Below, one piece after another: positions 1-8,206 of a stretch of DNA of 64,000 bases; position 1 is the stretch's first letter; the number at the start of each line of letters is the position of its first letter. Source of the DNA: a candidate division WS6 bacterium GW2011_GWF2_39_15 (GTDB lineage: Bacteria; Patescibacteriota; Dojkabacteria; SC72). The position numbers and the translations under genes are program-made. The notes under the pieces were generated by a model that saw only the letters and a list, made by a program, of their open reading frames with translations, did not search any database and had not been told where the DNA came from. The stretch spans positions 4,695 through 68,694 of the forward strand of contig LBWK01000001.1 in assembly GCA_000993565.1 (NCBI GenBank), given 5' to 3'.

Positions 1-1
1 T

Positions 2-1000
2 CCTGAGCTTATGAAATCTGTTAATGAACAGGTTATTCAAATGGCTGATCAGAAGTTGGGAGCAGAGAAGAAGGAAATTAGGGCTGATATGGAGGGAAAA
101 AGGAATGAAATTGAAAGACTTATCAAAATGATTCGTGAGGATCTGAATGAAAGCAAAACTAAGCTTTCCGATACAGAAAAGGAGCGGGCTAATATGTTCG
201 GCTCTCTTAAAAACTCCCTTGATGAATATAAAAAGATCACAGATCAGCTGGCTGTCAGTACAGAAAGCCTTAAAAAGGTCCTTTCTAATAACCAACTTAG
301 AGGTCAATTCGGGGAACAGGTTGCGGATGAGCTTCTTAAGATGGCGGGATTTGTGAGAGGGGTAGATTATGAGTTCAATAAGGAACAAGCAGGTTCAGAA
401 ACAAGACCTGATTTCTGTGTCTTTCTTCCGGATGGAACTAGGATCAATGTTGATTCGAAGTTCCCGTATTCAAACCTTCAGAAGAGTAGTGAAGCGACAA
501 GCGATACTGAGAAAAGAGAGTTTCTCAGACTTTTTGAGAGAGATGTGAGGGAGAAAATTAAACAAGTTACAACAAGAGATTATATTAACCCTGAGGATAA
601 AACAGTTGACTTTGTTATTCTCTTCATCCCAAATGAAATGATTTTTTCATATATTTATGATCAGTTAAATAGTGTATGGAAAGAAGCTATGGAAAAGAAA
701 GTAATTCTGGCTGGACCGTTTAGCTTCTCAGCCCTTCTTCGTATGATTAAGCAGTCTTATGATAACTTTAGAGTACAGGAGAACATCCAGAAGATTGTTG
801 GATATGTAAGAGGGTTGGAAAAGGAGTTTGTTAAATTCAGCGAAGAGTTTGGGAAGTTTGGAGATAGAATACAGCAATTAAACAGTCAGTATGAAGTTGT
901 AAGCAGAACGAGGGTTAACCAGATGAATAAAGCAATGGAAAAAGTCAGGCTGGAAGGGCCGGATGATTCAGCAGATAATCAACCGAGGTTGTTAAACTAA
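2..1000 (+). CDS. rmuC: DNA recombination protein RmuC, C-terminal part; the ORF is open to the window edge and is probably 5'-truncated
   Basis: Motif RPDFCVFLPDG...VDSKFP and a coiled-coil N-terminal part, typical of the RmuC family. The reading frame stays open back to nt 2. Confidence 0.6.
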   Translation, partial: PELMKSVNEQVIQMADQKLGAEKKEIRADMEGKRNEIERLIKMIREDLNESKTKLSDTEKERANMFGSLKNSLDEYKKITDQLAVSTESLKKVLSNNQLRGQFGEQVADELLKMAGFVRGVDYEFNKEQAGSETRPDFCVFLPDGTRINVDSKFPYSNLQKSSEATSDTEKREFLRLFERDVREKIKQVTTRDYINPEDKTVDFVILFIPNEMIFSYIYDQLNSVWKEAMEKKVILAGPFSFSALLRMIKQSYDNFRVQENIQKIVGYVRGLEKEFVKFSEEFGKFGDRIQQLNSQYEVVSRTRVNQMNKAMEKVRLEGPDDSADNQPRLLN

Positions 1001-1013
1001 ATGAGGATTCGTT

Positions 1014-1541
1014 ATGGCAGACTTAAAAGTTTTCACGGATGGACATGAACCTAAAACAATTTGCTACCTAATTCGTAAAAATAAAAGTGGGCAGAATGAA
1101 ATCCTTTTAGCGAAACATAGGAAACAGGGAAAGAGGAATGGAGTTGGAGGGAAAGTCGGGGACAAAGAAGCATGGAAGGATGAAACGATAGAGGAGGGTG
1201 CTATAAGGGAAGTAAGAGAAGAACTAGGAGTTGAAGTTAAGGATATGGTAGAAAGAGGTATCGTCAACTTCATTTTTGAAATGAACGGCAAGCTAGAAAA
1301 AGTTTGCGGGCATATATTTTTTATTACAAAATGGGAGGGTGAGCCTCAAGGTATAGAAGTAGATGACCCCCAATGGTTCAGCATTGATAGTATACCTTGG
1401 GAAGAACTATGGGAGAATGATAAGGAATGGTTGCAACCTTTACTTGATAATGAATTTGGTTTTTTGGAAGCTGAGTACGATTTTGGTAGAACCAGTGATG
1501 AGAAAGTTGCCGCCGTAAACTACTTTAAATGGAGAGTCTAA
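1014..1541 (+). CDS. Nudix hydrolase (MutT-like)
   Basis: Nudix box GGKVGDKEAWKDETIEEGAIREVREELGV (Gx5Ex7REUxEExGU). Confidence 0.75.
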   Translation: MADLKVFTDGHEPKTICYLIRKNKSGQNEILLAKHRKQGKRNGVGGKVGDKEAWKDETIEEGAIREVREELGVEVKDMVERGIVNFIFEMNGKLEKVCGHIFFITKWEGEPQGIEVDDPQWFSIDSIPWEELWENDKEWLQPLLDNEFGFLEAEYDFGRTSDEKVAAVNYFKWRV

Positions 1542-2635
1542 ATCTTCAGGTTTATATCGTATTGATATGTGTCAATATATTTTTTTGCCCTCTCAAGTAG
1601 TATTTCACATCTGTCCCCCCATTGCTGGGCTTGTGGTTTTAAACCTTTAAGTGCGTAGTACCAGTCTCTTCTTCTTACTATTTCTTGGTAACTGGCAATT
1701 GATACTATTTCATCATTGGTAATTGCCTCCTTTGCCATGTTTACACCCATATCTGTGGGGGATTTGTAGGTAGCTAAGAAATTATTCTTATCAACGATTC
1801 TGGATATGATTTCCCGCACTATTATAAATGCGGCTACATCACGATTGTAATTTACGGCAGAAATATTGTAGGCATATAGATGATGTTTATCGACCATATT
1901 AAAATCTCCTATATCAACAGTCGCAGCTTCATACGCTATGTTGATAGGGTGATTAACGGGAAGATTCCAAATTGGGAAAGTCTCATACTTAGCGTATCCC
2001 GAGTCTTCACCGTTGAGTTTGTCATGGTATATCTGACCCAAGCATGTGGACATTTTTCCGCTGTTTGATGCGGGTCCAACAACTAATACAAGTTTATTCA
2101 AGTGTTGCAGATACTCATCAGCACCGTACCCGTTTTCTGTTACAACGGAATTTGCGTCAGGGTATCCATTTATAAAGTAGCGGTTAATAACCTTGTAGCC
2201 CTCAGATTCCTTTTTGGTTCTGTATGCTGAAGCGGCCTCTTTATTCTCGGGGTTTATTAGATTAATGGAAATGTAGGGCTTTACTTTGATGATAGACTCA
2301 TATTCTGTAATCATAGAGTCAATAAAATCAGCGTAAGGGGTTGTATCGCTCTTAATATACCGATTCTCCTTTATATCCTGTGCGTTCACACAGTATATTA
2401 TGTCAAAAGGCACGTTGAACCCCTTAAATATTTCTATTTTGATTTTTGGATCAAAACCCGGAAGGACTCTTGAAGCATGTGCATCAAAAAGAAATTTACC
2501 CCCTATTTCAAGATACAACCTTCCTTTAGAAAATTTCGAGATACGATCTTGAAGTGCAGCAGATTGCTTTTGCTTATAAATCTCATTATCAAAGCCCTGG
2601 AGTGTGTATTTTAATGTATCTGTGCTTGTCATCAT
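1538..2635 (-). CDS. DUF1846/UPF0371 family protein (short form, lacking the usual C-terminal ~130 aa)
   Basis: Blocks LYLEIGGKFLFDAHASRVLPGF, GPASNSGKMSTCLGQIYHD, GYAKYETFPIWNLPVNHPINIAYEAATVD and NYNRD match the Firmicute UPF0371 family. Confidence 0.55.
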   Translation of the reverse strand: MMTSTDTLKYTLQGFDNEIYKQKQSAALQDRISKFSKGRLYLEIGGKFLFDAHASRVLPGFDPKIKIEIFKGFNVPFDIIYCVNAQDIKENRYIKSDTTPYADFIDSMITEYESIIKVKPYISINLINPENKEAASAYRTKKESEGYKVINRYFINGYPDANSVVTENGYGADEYLQHLNKLVLVVGPASNSGKMSTCLGQIYHDKLNGEDSGYAKYETFPIWNLPVNHPINIAYEAATVDIGDFNMVDKHHLYAYNISAVNYNRDVAAFIIVREIISRIVDKNNFLATYKSPTDMGVNMAKEAITNDEIVSIASYQEIVRRRDWYYALKGLKPQAQQWGDRCEILLERAKKYIDTYQYDINLKI

Positions 2636-2646
2636 TACATCCTACA

Positions 2647-2677
2647 TAAAAAAGACCGCTCAGTAAATGAGCGGTCT
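2647..2677 (-). terminator. Rho-independent terminator for the 2702..3316 gene
   Basis: Stem AGACCGCTCA / TGAGCGGTCT with a 5-nt loop. An A-run on the + strand gives a U-run on the transcribed - strand. Confidence 0.55.
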
Positions 2678-2701
2678 CTAACAATTTATAGGTAAATCGT
2701 T

Positions 2702-3316
2702 TTACGCACTCTTCTTAGGTTCTGCCCATGCAAGATACCCTGGAAGAATAATATTAGCGATAGGCACTAACATAAGTAATCCAAGCCAGCTCTGAAAACC
2801 TCTTCTCTCTGCAATCTTCATGTAAATGTAGATAGCATATCCTAGATTTACTAACGGTACGAGGAAAAGAAGAAAAGTCCAGGCTCTTTGGTCTGCACAT
2901 TTAATTGCTAGAAATACATTTGCAATTGGAACCCATGCCATCCATGTATTTGGGACATTAAGTTTCTTTGCGGTTACCATAAGTGTTAACGAGTAGTAGA
3001 TGTAACCTGCCAAAGCAAATACAAGACTGATAACTAACATGGCGCCTCCAAACATTGTTGCGAAGACCCCTAATGCGGCGGCTTCTTCATCTGTTAGATC
3101 CGTAGTTGTTTCGGTATTGTTGAGGTCGTTCCATGTTGTATTCCATTCTGTCTCCCAGTCGTAGTTATAGCTGTCATCTGTTGATGTGGTGGTGTCGTCT
3201 TGAGTATTGTATAGAACAGCATCATCAACTACATCTTCAGCATACACAGTCATAGGGGAAAACAATCCTAATGCAAACAGACCAATTACTGCTGCACATA
3301 GCATTTTCTTTAGCAT
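2702..3316 (-). CDS. Secreted/membrane protein: signal peptide, Thr/Asp/Asn-rich acidic spacer, then 3-4 TM helices carrying a repeated VPIANxxL motif
   Basis: N-terminal signal peptide (AxA ...TVYA|ED), a low-complexity DDTTTSTDD/NTTWN region, and a hydrophobic C-terminal half. Confidence 0.5.
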   Translation of the reverse strand: MLKKMLCAAVIGLFALGLFSPMTVYAEDVVDDAVLYNTQDDTTTSTDDSYNYDWETEWNTTWNDLNNTETTTDLTDEEAAALGVFATMFGGAMLVISLVFALAGYIYYSLTLMVTAKKLNVPNTWMAWVPIANVFLAIKCADQRAWTFLLFLVPLVNLGYAIYIYMKIAERRGFQSWLGLLMLVPIANIILPGYLAWAEPKKSA

Positions 3317-3389
3317 TAAATATTCTCTTATAATTTATACACTTACATTATTATGGTAAATCCTCTCGGTTTGCAAGACGGTAGAAGAA

Positions 3390-3980
3390 ATGATAGTTTA
3401 TATTATGTTTTCAGTAATCGATGGTAAAACTCCGGTTCTTCTTTCTGCTCCTCATGTATATAATCACTACAGAAAAAATTTGAATGGGGTTGTCAAACAG
3501 GGTGAGCTATGGACAGACAGCATTGTCAAAGAGACAGTTTCATTATCTGGGTGCAATGGGATAATTGTAGACAAGGATGTCGATTATGACCCTAACTACG
3601 ATAAGTTGGAGAATAATGAGTATAAGCAGAAGGTTGATAAGATCATCAAAGATAAGAAAATCAAATATTTCTTTGATATACATGGATTAAGTGATTCCCA
3701 TTGTTATGATTTCGGAATATTCTTTCCTTTTAGGTATCTTAAGTCTCAGAAACTTGCATATACACTTGCCCAGGAACTTTTAAAAGGCCCCCTGCGAGAT
3801 TCAATAGTCATTGTTCTTAATATGTGTGATGACAATCAAGAGACACTTACGGAGTACGTAGCTAAAAAGAAGAAAATCCCCGCAGTACAACTGGAGATTG
3901 CAAGGTATATCAGAGAGGATGATGCTTTGCGTGAAGCCCTCATTTCAACCCTTTCGAAGGTCATTTTAACTCTTAATTAA
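3390..3980 (+). CDS. Hypothetical protein, possibly N-formylglutamate-amidohydrolase-like
   Basis: Motifs LLSAPHV and FFDIHGLSD resemble the FGase family PHxG / DlHS blocks; the match is weak. Confidence 0.3.
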   Translation: MIVYIMFSVIDGKTPVLLSAPHVYNHYRKNLNGVVKQGELWTDSIVKETVSLSGCNGIIVDKDVDYDPNYDKLENNEYKQKVDKIIKDKKIKYFFDIHGLSDSHCYDFGIFFPFRYLKSQKLAYTLAQELLKGPLRDSIVIVLNMCDDNQETLTEYVAKKKKIPAVQLEIARYIREDDALREALISTLSKVILTLN

Positions 3981-4073
3981 AAAGTCAGGTATACCCCTTT
4001 GACCTACCGTATACTATCTGATATCTTAAAGGTACAGACATAAGATTTATATATAAATTAATCCACTATTTAT

Positions 4074-5111
4074 ATGACACCACAAGCAAAAAAGGATGAT
4101 GTGAAGGATAAAAAGGTTGAGAGTACTGAGAATGTAGCAAGGAGGAAAGCCATTGATATGGCAGTGGCTCAAATTGAAAAGCAGTTCGGTCAGGGATCAA
4201 TTATGAAACTTGGAAGCCGTCAGAGGGTGGATGTTGCAGTTATTCCGACAGGAGCAATATCATTAGATCTTGCTTTAGGTATTGGAGGCATTCCAAGGGG
4301 AAGGATTATTGAGATCTATGGCCCTGAGTCTTCAGGTAAGACGACTTTGGCAATGCATATCCTTGCTGAAGCCCAAAAACAGGGTGAAACAGTCGCCTTT
4401 ATTGATGCAGAACACGCTTTTGACCCGACATACGGTAAAATAATAGGAATAAATATTGACGAAATGTTTATTTCTCAGCCTGATTTTGGAGAACAGGCAC
4501 TGGAAATACTTGAAACATTAGTTAGATCTTCAGGTTTTGGTGTTATTGTCATTGACTCAGTTGCCGCTTTAACTCCTAGAGCCGAAATTGAAGGAGAAAT
4601 GGGCGATAGTCATATGGGTCTACAGGCAAGGTTAATGTCTCAAGCTTTGAGAAAAATAACCGCAATTGCGAGTAAGGCGGGAACTACGGTTATATTCCTT
4701 AATCAGCTTAGAATGAAAATAGGGGTTATGTTTGGTAATCCTGAAACTACAACAGGTGGAAATGCATTAAAGTTCTATGCTTCTATCCGTATGGATATAA
4801 GGCAGAAAGAAAAGATTATGAAGGGTGATCAGGTTGTTGGGCATATTAGAGTTGTTAAAGTTGTAAAGAATAAGCTTGCTCCTCCATTTAGAGAAGCATC
4901 GTTTAGTATTATCTATCCAACTGGAATTGATAAAGAAAGCAGCTTGCTTGATGCTGCAATCAGCCGAGGTATTATACAAAAAGCTGGTGCGTGGTTAAGA
5001 TATGGAGATATACAGCTTGCACAGGGAAGGGAGTCTGCAATTGAGACATTAAAAACAGATAAAGCTCTTGCCGGAAAAATTGAAAAAGAGGTACGGGCAA
5101 CTTTGAAATAG
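4074..5111 (+). CDS. recA: Recombinase RecA
   Basis: Walker [12 protein letters not shown] and full-length RecA signature blocks ([58 protein letters not shown]). Confidence 0.95.
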   Translation: MTPQAKKDDVKDKKVESTENVARRKAIDMAVAQIEKQFGQGSIMKLGSRQRVDVAVIPTGAISLDLALGIGGIPRGRIIEIYGPESSGKTTLAMHILAEAQKQGETVAFIDAEHAFDPTYGKIIGINIDEMFISQPDFGEQALEILETLVRSSGFGVIVIDSVAALTPRAEIEGEMGDSHMGLQARLMSQALRKITAIASKAGTTVIFLNQLRMKIGVMFGNPETTTGGNALKFYASIRMDIRQKEKIMKGDQVVGHIRVVKVVKNKLAPPFREASFSIIYPTGIDKESSLLDAAISRGIIQKAGAWLRYGDIQLAQGRESAIETLKTDKALAGKIEKEVRATLK

Positions 5112-5114
5112 GTA

Positions 5115-5768
5115 GTGAAAGTCACAGATATCACTCCACAACAGAAGAAAACAGGGAGATTTAATCTTTATGTAGATGGTGTTTTTACACTCGGACTTGG
5201 TAGTAGCACTATTGCTCTTTTTAATCTGTACAAAGGGAAAGACCTTTCTGACGAAGATTTAGATGAAATTATTAAATCAGAAATATATTCTAAGTTCTAT
5301 GATAGGGCTTTCACATACACAACAGGTGCTGTAAAAAGTGAGAAAACCGTAAGGCAGTATCTTAAAAGGGTATATTTAAAAAAGAAAAAAGTCTGGATAG
5401 GAGATAATCTGGATTATGATCTTGAAGAGACTATTTCTAAAGTTATCTCTAAATTGAAAGAATATGGATTATTAAACGATAAAGAATATGCACAACTATT
5501 TGTTTCTTCAAGGGAAAGAAGTAAACCGAGATCTAAGACGGCTATTGCCAATGAATTGCGCTTAAAAGGTATTTCCAATGAGGATATTGAAACTGCACTG
5601 GAATCAGTCTCAGATGATGATATGATCTATAATGTCTATGTTAAAAAGTATGGTGAAAAGCCATTTGATGCTAACGAGCAGCCAAAAGTAGTTGCATTTC
5701 TGGCAAGGAAAGGTTTTAGCTGGGATTTGATATCTAAATTGGAAAGAAGATTAAAAGGTGACATATGA
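5115..5768 (+). CDS. recX: RecA regulator RecX (GTG start)
   Basis: Lies directly downstream of recA. Tandem helical repeats with the YAQLFVSSR-type RecX motif. Confidence 0.65.
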   Translation: MKVTDITPQQKKTGRFNLYVDGVFTLGLGSSTIALFNLYKGKDLSDEDLDEIIKSEIYSKFYDRAFTYTTGAVKSEKTVRQYLKRVYLKKKKVWIGDNLDYDLEETISKVISKLKEYGLLNDKEYAQLFVSSRERSKPRSKTAIANELRLKGISNEDIETALESVSDDDMIYNVYVKKYGEKPFDANEQPKVVAFLARKGFSWDLISKLERRLKGDI

Positions 5769-7458
5769 GAGTAGTAAAAAATGGATAATACCTGAAAATA
5801 TATCGAGCAAAGATGGTATTGTTGAAGAGATCCTTACGAAGAGAGGTTTGAATAAAGACGAGTTCAATGATTATCTTAACCCCTCACTCTCATCAATTCC
5901 AACTTGGGAAAAACTATATGGAGCAAATAATGCAGCCGAAAAAATTATTAAGGCAGTAAATGAAAACAAAAGAATATTTATACATGGGGATTTTGATGTT
6001 GACGGTATATCCGCAACCGCAATAATGTGGGATTTTCTCTATAGAGAAGTATCCGATAAACTTGGCAAGAAAGTTCATGTTCTCCCATATATTCCTGACC
6101 GGGTTGATGAAGGGTATGGGCTCTCAAAATCATCGGTTGATGCCATGATTAAAGAGGGAGGCAATCTGATTGTAACTGTAGACTGTGGAGTTAGAGATCG
6201 TGTGTTGATTGAGGAATATATGCAGAACTCAGCGTGTGAGTTTATCGTAACTGATCATCATGCGCTTCCTGAAAATATTGAAGACATTAAATATACGCTC
6301 GTTCATCAGATGTTTCCACAAAGCGAGTATCCTGAACAAAGGATATCAGGAACATTTGTTGCGTTTCTTCTCACTCAGGCAATAAGGTCACAGCTTGAAA
6401 TTGATAGTGAGTTGAGTATTAATAGCCGTGGTCTAGATCTGGTCGCACTTTCTACTGTCACAGACATGATGCCGCTTGTGGGTATAAACAGAACCATAGT
6501 TAAGTATGGTCTGGAGCAGATTAGAATGGGGAGTAGATACGGTCTCAAATATATTATGGAACTGTCAGGAGTAGAGATTGCCGATACAGATTCATACCAT
6601 TTGGGATTTGTGATAGGCCCGCGTTTAAATGCTGCGGGTAGAATAGGATCTGCAATGGATGCTTTGAAGCTTCTAGTGACCAAAGATAAAATGAAAGCTA
6701 GGGAATATGCGGCTAAACTCCATAACCTGAATGTCCAGAGGCAGGAAACGACTCAGTCCATAATCAAAGAAGCAGAACAGATATTGAATATAGAAGACAC
6801 GCTCCTTTTTATAAGCGGGGAAGAGTGGCATGAGGGTATTATTGGTCTTGTAGCAGGGAAGTTGATGGAAAAGTATGGAAAGCCGGTTATTGTTGCTACG
6901 AAAACGGATAATGGCTCCTATAAAGGGTCTGCTAGAAGCATAGCTTCTTTTAACATTACGAAAGCGGTATCTAACTTCGGAGATTATCTGGAAAGGTATG
7001 GGGGACATGCTCAGGCGGCTGGTTTTACAGTTAAGCCAAATGAGCTAGAGAGATTTAAAAAGAAGCTTATTAAATACGCAAATGAAAACATTTCTACTGA
7101 TGTGTTAGAGAGAACGTTGGAGATCGATGCTATTATTGAGCCGACGGATGTTACACAGGATATGTATGGAGAGATTGATAAATTGAAACCGTTTGGATAC
7201 GGTAATTCAAAACCCCTCATTATGTTAAAAGGAGTTGAAATAAATGAGAAATATCTCATGAAAGGTGGTGAACATATTAAATTAAGATTACGTAGCGGTA
7301 TGAAGGATGTTATTGCTTTAATGTTTAACTGTAGAGAGGATGGAGAGAAACTAAATGAAGGAGATACAATTGATATTGCAGGTTCTCTGACGGAGAACAC
7401 CTGGAATGGTTTCAGAAGCATAGAGGTACAGGTGAAGGAATGGAGAAGTACTAATTAA
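5758..7458 (+). CDS. recJ: Single-stranded-DNA-specific exonuclease RecJ
   Basis: DHH motifs (HGDFDVDGISATAIM; VTDHHALP) and DHHA1 (GGHAQAAGFTV). Overlaps the recX stop. Confidence 0.85.
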   Translation: MTYESSKKWIIPENISSKDGIVEEILTKRGLNKDEFNDYLNPSLSSIPTWEKLYGANNAAEKIIKAVNENKRIFIHGDFDVDGISATAIMWDFLYREVSDKLGKKVHVLPYIPDRVDEGYGLSKSSVDAMIKEGGNLIVTVDCGVRDRVLIEEYMQNSACEFIVTDHHALPENIEDIKYTLVHQMFPQSEYPEQRISGTFVAFLLTQAIRSQLEIDSELSINSRGLDLVALSTVTDMMPLVGINRTIVKYGLEQIRMGSRYGLKYIMELSGVEIADTDSYHLGFVIGPRLNAAGRIGSAMDALKLLVTKDKMKAREYAAKLHNLNVQRQETTQSIIKEAEQILNIEDTLLFISGEEWHEGIIGLVAGKLMEKYGKPVIVATKTDNGSYKGSARSIASFNITKAVSNFGDYLERYGGHAQAAGFTVKPNELERFKKKLIKYANENISTDVLERTLEIDAIIEPTDVTQDMYGEIDKLKPFGYGNSKPLIMLKGVEINEKYLMKGGEHIKLRLRSGMKDVIALMFNCREDGEKLNEGDTIDIAGSLTENTWNGFRSIEVQVKEWRSTN

Positions 7459-7475
7459 TATTATTTAAGACGAAC

Positions 7476-8000
7476 ATGCTTGAAGTTGAGAGACGATTTC
7501 TACTTAAGTATATTCCTGATAATGTGCGGGAGGTCGAAGGGACTTTAATGGAAGATTATATGATATTGACGGGAGAGATTCATCCTCATCTTAGGTTAAG
7601 AAGAAAGGGAAATCATTATGAGCTAACCAAGAAATATCAAAGAGATGTTAATGAGAAAAAGTTAGAAATGATTGAAGAAACTATTATTCTAGATCAAAGG
7701 GAGTTTGAAGCCCTCAGGCACCTGCAAACAAAAAGTCAGAAAAAATTCAGATACAGATTTGCTCAAGGTAAATATACTGCAGAGCTTGATTTATGGACTG
7801 AAGATTTAAATGGTTTAGGGATTGTAGAATTTGAATTTGACTCTAAAGAAGAAGCTTTAGCATTTCATCCACCTGATTACTGCTTAGTTGAGGTTACTGA
7901 CATGGAGTGGTTGGCCGGTGGGATGATTTCTGGAAGGAGATACAGTGAGCTTGAAAACCAACTTTCCAAGTTAGATTATAATCCCGTATTTCTCACCTAA
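7476..8000 (+). CDS. CYTH-domain protein (triphosphate tunnel metalloenzyme family)
   Basis: N-terminal EVERRFLL (the CYTH ExExK-type motif) and the matching size. Confidence 0.55.
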   Translation: MLEVERRFLLKYIPDNVREVEGTLMEDYMILTGEIHPHLRLRRKGNHYELTKKYQRDVNEKKLEMIEETIILDQREFEALRHLQTKSQKKFRYRFAQGKYTAELDLWTEDLNGLGIVEFEFDSKEEALAFHPPDYCLVEVTDMEWLAGGMISGRRYSELENQLSKLDYNPVFLT

Positions 8001-8034
8001 TATTGTCCTTATAATTAATTAATGCTATCATTAC

Positions 8035-8185
8035 CACAAGCGACCAAGGAGAGTGTGAGCTTGGAAATTATGTGACACTAAACAATTATATAACCTACAA
8101 GTGTTCAATATTAGTAATATTGAAAACTGGGGTGGCACCACGGTAATATTATCGTCCCCTTTCTGAGGGGATTTTTTATTTTTAC
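8035..8185 (+). promoter_or_regulatory. T-box riboswitch leader of aspS (specifier candidate GAC, Asp)
   Basis: T-box motif AACTGGGGTGGCACCACGG at 8124-8143. Terminator CCCCT-ttctg-AGGGG followed by TTTTTTATTTTT at 8156-8183. GAC followed by A at 8074-8077 in the upstream stem region. Confidence 0.65.
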
Positions 8186-8206
8186 ATAACCTTATATACT
8201 TTAAAT

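Noticed and set aside
1538-2635. DUF1846 gene as a truncated pseudogene
   Set aside because: It is about 130 aa shorter than typical UPF0371 proteins. However the ORF is intact with a proper start, and its stop overlaps the convergent Nudix gene by only 4 nt, so a natural short form is equally likely. I did not call it a pseudogene.
4009-4045. E. coli-type LexA box (CTGT-N8-ACAG) or Cheo box upstream of recA
   Set aside because: The only CTG...CAG pair has a 14-nt spacer rather than 10, and no GAAC-N4-GTTC occurs. I did not call a classical SOS box; see the GTATAC finding instead.
6375-7421. Antisense ORFs inside recJ (6375..6683, 6673..7008, 7011..7421). Similar cases lie inside gltX (11527..12236), aspS (9218..10059), ileS (27130..28402) and ung (21801..22070)
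   Set aside because: They are fully embedded opposite strong, motif-bearing genes and have low-complexity Ser/Leu/Phe-rich translations, so they are frame artefacts.
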